From Candidatus Hydrogenedentota bacterium (lineage in GTDB: Bacteria > Hydrogenedentota > Hydrogenedentia > Hydrogenedentales > Hydrogenedentaceae): 64,000 nt of DNA. The notes under the pieces are model-generated. The model had not been told where the DNA came from. It worked only from the letters and a program-made list of their open reading frames with translations, and did no database searches. Every line of letters starts with the position of its first letter. Position 1 is the first letter of the stretch. This document shows positions 31,865 through 41,565 of this stretch, piece after piece. The translations under genes and the position numbers were made by a program. The stretch spans positions 9,326 to 73,325 of the forward strand of contig JAOAHN010000026.1 in the NCBI GenBank assembly GCA_026415215.1, in the 5' to 3' direction.

Positions 31865-32848
31865 ATGTCTTACTCTACAGCGTCTAATGAAACAACATTA
31901 CCAACCGTTCAATATAGTAACCGTTCAAAAAGGAAAATGTTGATGAAGCAAAAATCATTAATAATTATTGCAGGATTAGTTATTATATACATCATAGTTA
32001 TCGAGAATTTAATTGTTTTCGCACAAGAATCTACTAAAGTATCTCCTGAGGAACCCCAAAGTATCAATACCCAAATTAAGATAACTGAAGCTCAACCAGA
32101 AAGTGATCAAGAAAAACCACAAATAGAGATACATGTAAAAGACAATAAAACACAACAAACTTCAACAGTGTTTTTCCCATCTAATGAGCGACTATTTAAA
32201 GAACTTCAAGAGATAAAAATTACTCTCCAGCAATTACAACAAACTGTAGACTATCTTGTGAACCATGTAATAGCAGACCTCGAGGAAGAGAATCAACAAC
32301 TTAGAGAATCGCTAAGGCTTTACAATATAGCCCCTTCACAAAATTTAGAAAAAGGCACGACAAAGTTTATTCCTGGTATTCGTCAAACTATGCCAGACAA
32401 AATACTCCATTCAGAAGAGACATCCAGCATAGAGGACAATGCCACTCCCCAGGATGCGAAAATAGAATCCTCCCAAGAGTTCTATTTCAGGGTGATAGAA
32501 GAATGGGGAAGAGATCCGGAAGTTCTAAAACAATTAAATAGTTCCGCACCCACAGTAAAGGGAATCGTAGCGGTAGTTCCACCCAACACACCGAGAGAAA
32601 AATTGGAAGAACTTGCTAAAGAGCTTAGAACAAAATATGAGAAATATGACAATATTAACATTGAGGTATTCGATAACGAAGAATCAGCTCGGGCCTTTGC
32701 AGACAGACATGAGAGAGATCCAGAACACAATGTTCTCAGTGTATCCAGGCATAAAGAAAGTGGGAGAGATTTAATTGTAGTGTATGGACTTCCGATTACT
32801 AATACTGAGTCATCAACTGCAAATCCTTCCAATTCACCAAAAGAATAA
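31865..32848 (+). CDS. Hypothetical exported/membrane-anchored protein with a coiled coil
   Basis: Hydrophobic segment after MLMKQK (true start is probably the later ATG), a heptad-rich segment (LQEIKITLQQLQQTV...LEEENQQLRESL) and a C-terminal globular region. Confidence 0.6.
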   Translation: MSYSTASNETTLPTVQYSNRSKRKMLMKQKSLIIIAGLVIIYIIVIENLIVFAQESTKVSPEEPQSINTQIKITEAQPESDQEKPQIEIHVKDNKTQQTSTVFFPSNERLFKELQEIKITLQQLQQTVDYLVNHVIADLEEENQQLRESLRLYNIAPSQNLEKGTTKFIPGIRQTMPDKILHSEETSSIEDNATPQDAKIESSQEFYFRVIEEWGRDPEVLKQLNSSAPTVKGIVAVVPPNTPREKLEELAKELRTKYEKYDNINIEVFDNEESARAFADRHERDPEHNVLSVSRHKESGRDLIVVYGLPITNTESSTANPSNSPKE

Positions 32849-32907
32849 TGGTAATTTTTCGTAGTTAACATATCTGCACTAAAACAAATTTGAAATCCTC
32901 ATTAATT

Positions 32908-32945
32908 TTTTGGTATTACTATTTATAATTTTAGTAATACCAAAA
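32908..32945 (+). promoter_or_regulatory. Perfect 14-bp inverted repeat operator with NikR-type geometry, overlapping a -10 box
   Basis: TTTTGGTATTACTA-[TTTATAATTT]-TAGTAATACCAAAA. The core is GTATTA (32913-18), 16 nt, TAATAC (32935-40), with TATAAT at 32924-29. It ends 31 nt upstream of ATG 32977 (AAGGAG RBS). Confidence 0.7.
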
Positions 32946-32976
32946 TGATTAACTCATCTAAGAAAGGAGATGTACA

Positions 32977-33945
32977 ATGAAAAAACAAGGTTTTACTCTA
33001 ATCGAGTTATTGGTCGTCATAGCTATCATCGGCATCCTCGCAGCAATACTATTGCCTGCCCTTGCCCGTGCGAGAGAAGCGGCTCGAAGATCGAGTTGTC
33101 AAAATAACCTAAAACAATTCGGCATAGTATTCAAAATGTATGCGAATGAAGCAAAAGGCGAGAGATTCCCACCCTTACAACCATTTGCCAATCCTAACGG
33201 GGCTCCTTTATTTGCATCTCCTGACCCAGAAGGCTTATACCCAGAATATCTTACAGATATGAATATTTCTAAATGCCCCTCTGACACTGGAGTAGATGCA
33301 GGTGGGCAATTCGTTGCGGCAAGAATACCAGATGGCTCTTTAGAGGACCATATCAAAGTGGCAGAAGAAAATGGGGACAGGTTAAGCCAAAGATATTTCA
33401 GAGCTGCCATGTTAGGAAGATCCTACTGGTATCATGGATTTGCTATGATGAATGTAGAAGAGTTCTATGGGATTTGGAATGCCACAGGAACTCTTACTCC
33501 GATTGAAATATACCCTCCCAATACAATAATAGGTGTAAATCCTGTTACCGCTCCGGTTCAAAGAAAAAACTTTGATGATGATCTACCTGTTACCACAAAG
33601 TTACCCTGGACTGCAATTCTCGGCAAAGGATTTGCATCCCTAAACACATGCGCTCGGCTAAGAGAAGGTATAGAGAGATTCGCCATAACCGACATAAATA
33701 ATCCCTCTGCTTCCGCAAAAGCTCAAAGCGAAATAGCTATTATGTTCGATACTTTCGGACATCCTGCTCACTCTGCATCTACTGCAGGAGGTGTGGTTTT
33801 TAATCACATGCCCGGTGGTTGTAATGTTCTATACATGGACGGACATGTCGAATTTATAAGATACCCAACAAAATTCCCGATTATATCTGACCAACAAAAC
33901 AATAATGGCATACCGCGCCAAGTAGGACATTTCGGACTGCAATAG
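32977..33945 (+). CDS. DUF1559 (SBP_bac_10) prepilin-type N-terminal cleavage/methylation protein with H-X9-DG motif
   Basis: KKQG|[42 protein letters not shown]; C-terminal [16 protein letters not shown]. Confidence 0.93.
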   Translation: MKKQGFTLIELLVVIAIIGILAAILLPALARAREAARRSSCQNNLKQFGIVFKMYANEAKGERFPPLQPFANPNGAPLFASPDPEGLYPEYLTDMNISKCPSDTGVDAGGQFVAARIPDGSLEDHIKVAEENGDRLSQRYFRAAMLGRSYWYHGFAMMNVEEFYGIWNATGTLTPIEIYPPNTIIGVNPVTAPVQRKNFDDDLPVTTKLPWTAILGKGFASLNTCARLREGIERFAITDINNPSASAKAQSEIAIMFDTFGHPAHSASTAGGVVFNHMPGGCNVLYMDGHVEFIRYPTKFPIISDQQNNNGIPRQVGHFGLQ

Positions 33946-33948
33946 TAT

Positions 33949-34803
33949 ATGCGTCACTTCTTAACTCTCTATATATATCTCCTCTTGTTTTTAGCAGTGC
34001 TGGGATTAGGCGGGAGGGTCTTTTGTGAGAATTCTCCCGCCATCCCAAATTACAAAGTAGCGGTTGGTTCCTCTTCTATATACTCAGCCGTAAAGGAGTT
34101 TGTAGATGCTAAACACATAACAGACATCATAATCCCTCCTGATTTGTGTCCTGGTCACTTCGATTTAAAACCCGGGGATGTAGAAAAGTTCTTAGAGAGC
34201 GACTTGATTATCTTGCACAACTGGCAAAAAGATCTGCCAGCTATAAAAAGCCTTTTAAGAGTTGCCAATCCTAACTCTGAGAAATTAGCTTGGGTTCCAA
34301 TCCAGGGTAGTTGGATGCTCCCCCAGAATTATGTAAAGGGATTAGAGGCAATAAGTAAGCTTTTGATGGAGAAAAAAATCATATCCAAGGAAACAGGTGA
34401 AGAAATATTGGAAAGAAGAAAGAGGGAAATATTAAGGTTTTCTGAAGATATAAAAAATAAAATATCTGCATTAAAACCTGAAAATATTTATGTGATTTCA
34501 TCTTCCTTCCAAAGTGAATTTCTAAGATGGTTGGGGTTCAATGTCGTTGGAGAATATTCAAGGGCAGAGGAGATCACCTTAAAAACCTGGGGTGACCTAT
34601 TGAAAACCGGAAAGGAAAAAGATGTAAAATTAATAGTTGAGAACCTTCAAAGTGGTGAACTTCAAACTGTTAAGGCTCTGGCGAACGACCTAAATGCCAA
34701 ATCAGTGGTATTGTCTAACTTTCCTATGGCCGAAACAGAAGACAAATCTTGGGAAGATAGTGTCCTTCGTAATGTAAATATTATAATTAATGCATTGAGA
34801 TAA
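33949..34803 (+). CDS. Metal ABC transporter substrate-binding protein (ZnuA/TroA fold)
   Basis: Signal peptide and PPDLCPGHFDLKPGD (the DPH-loop equivalent); precedes the ATPase and permease genes. Confidence 0.8.
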   Translation: MRHFLTLYIYLLLFLAVLGLGGRVFCENSPAIPNYKVAVGSSSIYSAVKEFVDAKHITDIIIPPDLCPGHFDLKPGDVEKFLESDLIILHNWQKDLPAIKSLLRVANPNSEKLAWVPIQGSWMLPQNYVKGLEAISKLLMEKKIISKETGEEILERRKREILRFSEDIKNKISALKPENIYVISSSFQSEFLRWLGFNVVGEYSRAEEITLKTWGDLLKTGKEKDVKLIVENLQSGELQTVKALANDLNAKSVVLSNFPMAETEDKSWEDSVLRNVNIIINALR

Positions 34804-34857
34804 GATATCAAAGCTAATAAACAAGCCTTTCCATACAAATTAGAAAGAGTTGACGGC

Positions 34858-35622
34858 GTGGACTCTCCAATAATAGAAATAAAGGATTTAGTAACTACAT
34901 ACTACGGGAATACTGTAATAAAAGGACTTTCTACTAACTTTTATCACAACCAATTTACGGTAATTCTGGGTCCTAACGGTTCTGGGAAAACTACACTATT
35001 GAAATCAATTTTAGGGCTATGCAATATAGCAAGTGGAGAAGTCAAAGTATTTGGAGAAAAAGTCCATAAATGGAAATATAAAATAAGAAGAAGAATAGCG
35101 TATGTATCTCAAGTAGAAAATATTGATCCTCGTTTACCAATCACAATAGAGGAAAGTGTATTGTTAGGGCGAGCTGGTGTAAGAGGTTTAGGAAAACCCT
35201 ATACCAAGAACGATAGAGAATTAGTTACCCAAATACTTGAAAGATTGGGCATAGCACACCTGAGAGAAAAGCCTATTGGAAAAGTCTCCGGAGGAGAGAG
35301 ACAAAAAGCAAGTATAGCAAGAGCCCTTGTTCAGGAAGCTCCCATAATTTTGATGGACGAACCAACAGCATCTTTAGACCCTAACGCTCAGCTTGAGATA
35401 CTATCAATAATTAATAACTTGAAAGAACTCCATAAAAATACAACTATATATGTAACCCATGAATTAGCAGAACTCCCAGAAAAGTGTGACAGAATAATCA
35501 TGTTAAAAGATGGAAACATATGGAGAGATGGTAACCCAGAGGAACTTCTCAATGAAGATTTACTCTTGGAGCTATATGGAGGCTCTGATTTCTGCTGTCG
35601 AGATAGGTTAAAGCATCATTAA
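34858..35622 (+). CDS. Metal ABC transporter ATP-binding protein (ZnuC-like)
   Basis: GPNGSGKT, VSGGERQK, LMDEPT and H-loop VTHE; GTG start. Confidence 0.92.
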   Translation: MDSPIIEIKDLVTTYYGNTVIKGLSTNFYHNQFTVILGPNGSGKTTLLKSILGLCNIASGEVKVFGEKVHKWKYKIRRRIAYVSQVENIDPRLPITIEESVLLGRAGVRGLGKPYTKNDRELVTQILERLGIAHLREKPIGKVSGGERQKASIARALVQEAPIILMDEPTASLDPNAQLEILSIINNLKELHKNTTIYVTHELAELPEKCDRIIMLKDGNIWRDGNPEELLNEDLLLELYGGSDFCCRDRLKHH

Positions 35623-35651
35623 ATTTAGTTAAGAGAGAAAACAAAAATAGA

Positions 35652-36485
35652 GTGTTTAGTTTCTTAGAAATACCAGGGTATCTAATAAAACCATTAACTG
35701 CAGGTTTTTTAACAGGGATTTCCTGCAGTCTTGTGGGTGTATTTATAGTAACTACTCATTTATCTTTCTTAGGTATATGTATTGCTCATTCGGCATTTAC
35801 CGGAGCACTTTTAGGTATCTGGCTAAACTTTAATCCTACCTTAGGCGCTTTAATTTTCAGTCTGATTGCTTCAGCAATAGTCGGTCCCCTTGCAGACAGA
35901 GGTGAACTAAGTCCAGATACTTCTACGGGGATTGTATTTTCTACTATGTTAGGGCTCGCCTTTCTTATAATCGGACTAATCCCAGGTTCTAAGTCATCTG
36001 CTATGAATCTTTTCTGGGGAAATATACTTACTGTCTCATATACAGATATATTACTCCTTGCGATAGTAACAATTTTCCTAATAGGAATTTTTACATTCCT
36101 ATATAAAGAGATTCAGGCAGTCCTATGTCATAGAAATATAGCAATTGCAGTAGGAATTCCATCAGCCTTAATCTTTTACCTAATGCTCATAGCAACTGGT
36201 GTATCGATTGCGGTTTCTCTCCAAACAGTTGGAGGGCTATTAATTTATAGTCTACTTCTCAATCCCTCCGCTTCTGCTTACCAACTCACTTATAAATTCA
36301 AGACCATGATTTTATTATCTATATCATTTGGGGTCATGTCTTGCTGGGGAGGTATATGGGTATCCTACAAATTTAACTTACCAACTGGGGCTTGCATTAT
36401 TCTCACCTCTTCTATCATATTCATATTGTGTTCTATATTCTCTCCTAAAAAAGATAAGAAATTTAAGGATCAAAATAATGATTGA
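35652..36485 (+). CDS. Metal ABC transporter permease (ZnuB/ABC-3 family)
   Basis: SLVGVFIV...IAHSAFTG, LFWGNILTV and VGGLLIYSLLLNP; about 8 TM segments. Confidence 0.92.
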   Translation: MFSFLEIPGYLIKPLTAGFLTGISCSLVGVFIVTTHLSFLGICIAHSAFTGALLGIWLNFNPTLGALIFSLIASAIVGPLADRGELSPDTSTGIVFSTMLGLAFLIIGLIPGSKSSAMNLFWGNILTVSYTDILLLAIVTIFLIGIFTFLYKEIQAVLCHRNIAIAVGIPSALIFYLMLIATGVSIAVSLQTVGGLLIYSLLLNPSASAYQLTYKFKTMILLSISFGVMSCWGGIWVSYKFNLPTGACIILTSSIIFILCSIFSPKKDKKFKDQNND

Positions 36486-37155
36486 TGAAAAATCTAACAA
36501 TAGAGTGGATTTTAATCATCACCAATTAGGAATTATTGATTTCTTTGACAAACATGCTAACCACTGGGAAAACTATACATCCACGGACATTATATCAAGA
36601 GCTGAGAAATTATTGGACCTTGTGACAATTAATACAGGAGATACAGTCTTAGATGTAGGTTGTGGAATAGGGGTTCTTATACCATACTTAACCAAACGGA
36701 TAGGAGAGAAAGGTGTACTTATTGAAGTTGATATATCAAGCAAGATGCTCCAAGTAGGAATGAAAAAAACGCATAGGGAAAACATATACTGGTTAACTGC
36801 GGATGGGCATTTCCTACCGCTAAAGACTGAATCCACAAATGTAGTTATATGTTACGCAGTTTTTCCCCACTTCACAAATAAGGATATAGCAATAAAAGAG
36901 ATATCTCGAGTGTTAAAGCCAGGTGGAATCTTGGGGATTTGCCATTCTCACTCGAGTATTGAAATAAACAAAATTCACAAGAATATAGGTGGCATAGTAG
37001 AAAATCATTGCATACCTGAAATCTCAAAGATTAAAAATTGGTGTGAAAATTCCGGAATGGAAATATCTCATTACCAAGATGGAGAAAACGGTTATCTACT
37101 AATAGCAGTAAAGAAACACCCTTTGGAATTTTTAGAGCCAAATACCGAATCTTAG
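36478..37155 (+). CDS. Class I SAM-dependent methyltransferase
   Basis: VLDVGCGIG, DISSKML, DGHFLPL and VLKPGG. ATG 36478 overlaps the permease stop; the track start at 36328 lies inside the permease. Confidence 0.88.
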   Translation: MIDEKSNNRVDFNHHQLGIIDFFDKHANHWENYTSTDIISRAEKLLDLVTINTGDTVLDVGCGIGVLIPYLTKRIGEKGVLIEVDISSKMLQVGMKKTHRENIYWLTADGHFLPLKTESTNVVICYAVFPHFTNKDIAIKEISRVLKPGGILGICHSHSSIEINKIHKNIGGIVENHCIPEISKIKNWCENSGMEISHYQDGENGYLLIAVKKHPLEFLEPNTES

Positions 37156-37268
37156 AGATTTTCCAAACGCTGTAAATTAAAAACCATCTAAAATAATCAG
37201 AAGTATACTTTTTGATATACTATATGGTCTAAACATTTCCTACCAGTTTATAGCTCGAGGATAACAGT

Positions 37269-38102
37269 ATGAACTACCAAAAAAACCTTTTTGATTTAAC
37301 GGGCAAAGTAGCTGTAGTCACTGGTGGTGCAGGGATTTTAGGAACCGCAATGGTAAAAGGTTTAGCAAACGCGGGTGCCTCCGTTGCCATCGCAGACATG
37401 ATGACAGATAAAGCAGAAGAACTTAAAAAACAGGTTGAAAATTCAGGGGGTAAAGCTCTTGCAGTATTTATGGATGTCTTCAAAAAGGAGACTATCCAAA
37501 CATGTGCAGAGAAAGTTGTAGGCACATGGGGGAAAGTGGACATTCTTGTAAACGCAGTCGGTGGAAATATGAGACAAGTAACTACATCTCCAGAATTGAG
37601 CTTCTTCGATATAAAGCCAGAAGATTTTCAACGGATAATAGACCTGAATCTGTTAGGAGGGGCAATTATACCATCCCAGATTTTTGGCAAAATCATGGTA
37701 TCTAATCCTGATGGGGGCTCTATAATAAATATAGCCTCTATGAATGCCTTTCGACCACTTACAAGAATCCCCGGTTATAGTGCGGCGAAATCTGCAGTGG
37801 TAAATTTCACTCAATGGTTAGCTGTGCACTTCGCTCAAGAATACAATCCTAAGTTAAGAGTAAATGCCATTGCACCGGGATTCTTTCTGACGGAACAAAA
37901 TAGATATCTCTTAATTGATGAACAATCCGGTGAACTTACCCAAAGAGGGAAAACCATAATCGCCCACACTCCGATGGGTAGATTCGGAGAACCAGATGAA
38001 ATTATAGGCGCCCTAATATGGCTTGCAAGTGATGCCTCAAAATTTGTGACTGGAATAGTAATTCCAATAGATGGTGGATTTTCCGCATATTCGGGAGTCT
38101 GA
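37269..38102 (+). CDS. uxuB: SDR oxidoreductase, D-mannonate (fructuronate) oxidoreductase family
   Basis: TGGAGILG, VNAVGGN, YSAAK, VNAIAPGFFLTEQNR and HTPMGRFG, typical of the Bacillus-type SDR UxuB group. Confidence 0.8.
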   Translation: MNYQKNLFDLTGKVAVVTGGAGILGTAMVKGLANAGASVAIADMMTDKAEELKKQVENSGGKALAVFMDVFKKETIQTCAEKVVGTWGKVDILVNAVGGNMRQVTTSPELSFFDIKPEDFQRIIDLNLLGGAIIPSQIFGKIMVSNPDGGSIINIASMNAFRPLTRIPGYSAAKSAVVNFTQWLAVHFAQEYNPKLRVNAIAPGFFLTEQNRYLLIDEQSGELTQRGKTIIAHTPMGRFGEPDEIIGALIWLASDASKFVTGIVIPIDGGFSAYSGV

Positions 38103-38160
38103 CAACTCTAACCATGTTGATAAACTTCTAATTAATCTTGAAAACAAGAAAGGACTAATT

Positions 38161-39054
38161 ATGAGCAGTGGAGTGCAAAAATTACTTAGTCATAAACCCA
38201 GTGCCCCTTTTTTAATCGCAATAGATTCAGATGGATGTGCCTTCGACACAATGGAGCTTAAACACAAAGAATGTTTTATACCCAACACAATAAAATATTG
38301 GGGATTACAACCGATATCCAAATATGCTCGGGAGGCTGCAGAATTTGTAAATCTCTATTCAAAGTGGAGAGGAGCAAACAGATTTCCAGCTTTAGTTAAG
38401 ACATTTGACCTCTTAATGGAATGGGAGAAAGTCAAAAAGAGAAACTTTAAAGTCCCAGAAACGCCAAACTTAAGAAAATGGATTGAAACTGAGACCAAAT
38501 TGGGAAATCCGGCTCTCGAGATTTACTGCAAAGAGCACCCTGATCACGAGGATATGCAAATCACCCTTCAATGGAGCAAAGCAGTAAATAAAAGTGTGGA
38601 AGACATTGTCCAAGGTGGTCTGCCACCATTCCCATATGTTAGAGAATGTTTACAGGCGGTGCAGGGGAAAGGTGATGTAATGGTATGCTCTCAAACACCA
38701 ACCGAAGCATTAATAAGAGAATGGGAAGAACAGGACTTAGCTAAGTATGTCTTTGCTATATGTGGACAAGAAATGGGGACTAAAGCCGAACACATCAAAT
38801 ACGCATCTGAAAATAGGTATGAAAACAACAAAATTCTAATGATAGGGGATGCCTATGGAGACCTAAAAGCAGCAAAAGCAAATAAAGCACTGTTTTATCC
38901 CATAATCCCCGGGAAAGAAGATGAGTCTTGGCAAAGACTGTTTGAAGAAGGATTAGACAGATTCTTTAATGGCAATTATGCCGGAGATTATGAAGAATCA
39001 CTTATCAAAGAACTTGAAAAATATCTTCCTGATACACCTCCCTGGAAAAGATAA
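38161..39054 (+). CDS. HAD-superfamily phosphatase
   Basis: Motif I DSDGC, motif II CSQT, Lys (GTKAEH), motif IV MIGDAYGD; start taken at ATG 38161. Confidence 0.85.
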   Translation: MSSGVQKLLSHKPSAPFLIAIDSDGCAFDTMELKHKECFIPNTIKYWGLQPISKYAREAAEFVNLYSKWRGANRFPALVKTFDLLMEWEKVKKRNFKVPETPNLRKWIETETKLGNPALEIYCKEHPDHEDMQITLQWSKAVNKSVEDIVQGGLPPFPYVRECLQAVQGKGDVMVCSQTPTEALIREWEEQDLAKYVFAICGQEMGTKAEHIKYASENRYENNKILMIGDAYGDLKAAKANKALFYPIIPGKEDESWQRLFEEGLDRFFNGNYAGDYEESLIKELEKYLPDTPPWKR

Positions 39055-39072
39055 AGTTTGATACCGCTTTCT

Positions 39073-40233
39073 ATGTTGATTCTTGCAGACGAAAATATCC
39101 CCTATGTAAAAGAAGCTTTTAGGGAATTCGGAGAAGTTATTACAATCTCTGGGAGAGAAATCACAAGAGAAAATACAAGAGATGCAGATGTTTTACTCGT
39201 CCGTTCAATAACAAAAGTAAATAAAGAGTTACTCGAAGGAAGCAAAGTAAAATTTGTAGGTACCGCTACTATTGGCTTTGACCATATTGATGTCGAATTT
39301 CTAAAAAGAAGTGAAATTAAATTTGCAAGTGCCCCAGGTTCTAATGCAAACAGTGTAGCAGAATATGTAATATCAGGCTTACTATACTTAGAAAAAAATT
39401 TCGGCTACTCCCTAAAATACAAGAAAATAGGCATCCTCGGAGTCGGTAATGTTGGCTCAAAAGTCCTTAAAAAGGTGATTTCTCTGGGTATTATCCCTAT
39501 TCTTTATGACCCGCCCCTTGCGGAAAAAATAGATAAACCTATATTCAATACATTGGAAGAAATTCACGATTGCGACATAATAACTCTCCATGTGCCACTT
39601 GAGAAAGGAGGAAGATATCCAACATACCATATGATAAACTCAGATTTCTTTTACAGTCTAAAAAGAAAAGTAGTGTTTATTAACACTTCCAGAGGTGGAG
39701 TAGTAGCAACAAAATCGTTGATAGAGGCAATAAAAAAAGGAATAGTTACTCACTCTATAGTAGATGTTTGGGAAAATGAACCCAATATCAATTTAGAATT
39801 ACTCAATTTAGTAACTCTTGCTACTCCCCACATCGCGGGATATTCTTTTGATGGCAAAGTCAATGGAACATACCAACTTTACCATGCTTTCTGTCAATAC
39901 ATTGGCAAACAACCAACTTGGGATTTCAAATCCTGTTTACCCACTCCCGATATTAAGCTTATAGATTTAGATACAAACAAACCTTACTGGCTTCATGACT
40001 CAGTCCACAAAATCTATCCAATATTCGAAGACGATAAGAGATTAAGAGAAATTTCAGCAAAATCCGAAGACCAAAGAGGAAAATTTTTTGACCAACTCCG
40101 AAAAAATTACCCTATAAGAAGGGAATTTCACAACACTACAATAAGGTTATCTTCCAAGGATGCTAACTGGGAAATTATAAATGTATTAGAAGGAATAGGG
40201 TTTAAAGTCGCGAGGACTCAGAATAATGCTTAG
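39073..40233 (+). CDS. pdxB: 4-phosphoerythronate dehydrogenase
   Basis: ILADENIPY, LVRSITKVN, GTATIGFDH, APGSNANSVAEY and HIAGYS, plus the C-terminal PdxB dimerisation motif FDQLRKNYPIRREF. Confidence 0.9.
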   Translation: MLILADENIPYVKEAFREFGEVITISGREITRENTRDADVLLVRSITKVNKELLEGSKVKFVGTATIGFDHIDVEFLKRSEIKFASAPGSNANSVAEYVISGLLYLEKNFGYSLKYKKIGILGVGNVGSKVLKKVISLGIIPILYDPPLAEKIDKPIFNTLEEIHDCDIITLHVPLEKGGRYPTYHMINSDFFYSLKRKVVFINTSRGGVVATKSLIEAIKKGIVTHSIVDVWENEPNINLELLNLVTLATPHIAGYSFDGKVNGTYQLYHAFCQYIGKQPTWDFKSCLPTPDIKLIDLDTNKPYWLHDSVHKIYPIFEDDKRLREISAKSEDQRGKFFDQLRKNYPIRREFHNTTIRLSSKDANWEIINVLEGIGFKVARTQNNA

Positions 40234-41485
40234 ATGTGAGGCAACATCAGGTTTTCTAAATTCTCAACAAGTTTACGAGTTCGTTCAAAAAGCGGTGAGC
40301 TGTGCAGATCTAAATGGGAAGAAAGTGGTTATCATAATACCAGACCATACTCGTAGCATGCCGATGCCTATTATGTTTAGAGCTTTGGCGGATGCCCTTC
40401 TACCAATATCTAAAAAAACAGACATAATAATAGCCCTTGGCACACATCCTCCGATGAGCGAAAGCATGATAAACAAACTATTGGGAATATCTGAAAAAGA
40501 AAGGTACGGAAAATACGCTAAAATTAACATATTCAACCATGCTTGGCAAGACCCAAACATCCTATATCCGCTATGCACACTTTCAGAAGAGAAAGTATTT
40601 GAATTTTCTGAAGGCTTACTAAAACAAGAAGTAGTGGTCCAGATAAATCGAAAAATATTTGATTACGATTCCATACTAATAGTAGGTCCAGTGTTCCCAC
40701 ACGAAGTTGTAGGTTTCAGTGGTGGGAATAAATATTTCTTTCCAGGGATTTCCGGTCCTGATTTCCTAAACCTGTTTCATTGGTTAGGTGCCCTTATTAC
40801 CAACATTAAGATAAATGGGGTCAAAAATACTCCAGTTAGAAGGCTCATTGACTACGCAGCTTCAAAGATAGATAGGGAGAAATGGTGCTTCGCATTAAAT
40901 GTAGAACAGGATAAAACAAGAGCTATATACTTTGGAACTCCCGAAGAAGCATGGAGTGAAGCAGTAGACCTCGCCATGAAAACACATATCATTTACAAAC
41001 CACGTACTTACCATTCGGTACTTGCTGAAGCACCCCTAATGTATGATGAAATTTGGACAGCTGGAAAATGTATGTACAAGTTAGAACCAGTTGTAGCTGA
41101 TGGAGGAGAACTAATAATATATGGGCCTCATATAAAAGAAATCAGTTTTACCCACGGTCACTTAATAAGGAAAATAGGCTACCATGTTCGTGATTATTTC
41201 TTAGCTCAAATGGAAAAATTTAAGGATATCCCAGGAGGGATCCTCGCTCACTCAACTCATGTTAAAGGAATAGGAACTTACATAAATGGAGTTGAAAATC
41301 CAAGAGTAAATGTCACTCTTGCTACAAGTATCCCTAAAGAAATATGCGAAGAAGTAAACCTCGGTTATCGAGACCCAACTAAAATAAATATAGATGAGTG
41401 GAAAAATAGAGAGGACGAGGGCATACTTTTCGTGCCCCACGCAGGAGAGATGTTATACAGGGTGAGTCCAATTCCTCCAAATTGA
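40226..41485 (+). CDS. LarA-family (nickel-pincer nucleotide-dependent) 2-hydroxyacid racemase/epimerase
   Basis: PDHTR, ALGTH, PHEVVGFSGGNKYFFPG (catalytic His and cofactor-linked Lys equivalents), FH (Ni-ligand His equivalent) and KCMYK. Confidence 0.87.
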   Translation: MLRCEATSGFLNSQQVYEFVQKAVSCADLNGKKVVIIIPDHTRSMPMPIMFRALADALLPISKKTDIIIALGTHPPMSESMINKLLGISEKERYGKYAKINIFNHAWQDPNILYPLCTLSEEKVFEFSEGLLKQEVVVQINRKIFDYDSILIVGPVFPHEVVGFSGGNKYFFPGISGPDFLNLFHWLGALITNIKINGVKNTPVRRLIDYAASKIDREKWCFALNVEQDKTRAIYFGTPEEAWSEAVDLAMKTHIIYKPRTYHSVLAEAPLMYDEIWTAGKCMYKLEPVVADGGELIIYGPHIKEISFTHGHLIRKIGYHVRDYFLAQMEKFKDIPGGILAHSTHVKGIGTYINGVENPRVNVTLATSIPKEICEEVNLGYRDPTKINIDEWKNREDEGILFVPHAGEMLYRVSPIPPN

Positions 41486-41565
41486 AAGAACCTTTTCTTA
41501 TGCATATTTATTTATAATAAAATATATCTTTTCTAATTCTAATATCACAATATAGGAGGTGTGGA

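Noticed and set aside
32908-32945. The inverted repeat as an intrinsic terminator for the 31865-32848 gene
   Set aside because: AT-rich stem, 10-nt loop and no following U-tract on either strand; it overlaps a -10 box, so an operator fits better.
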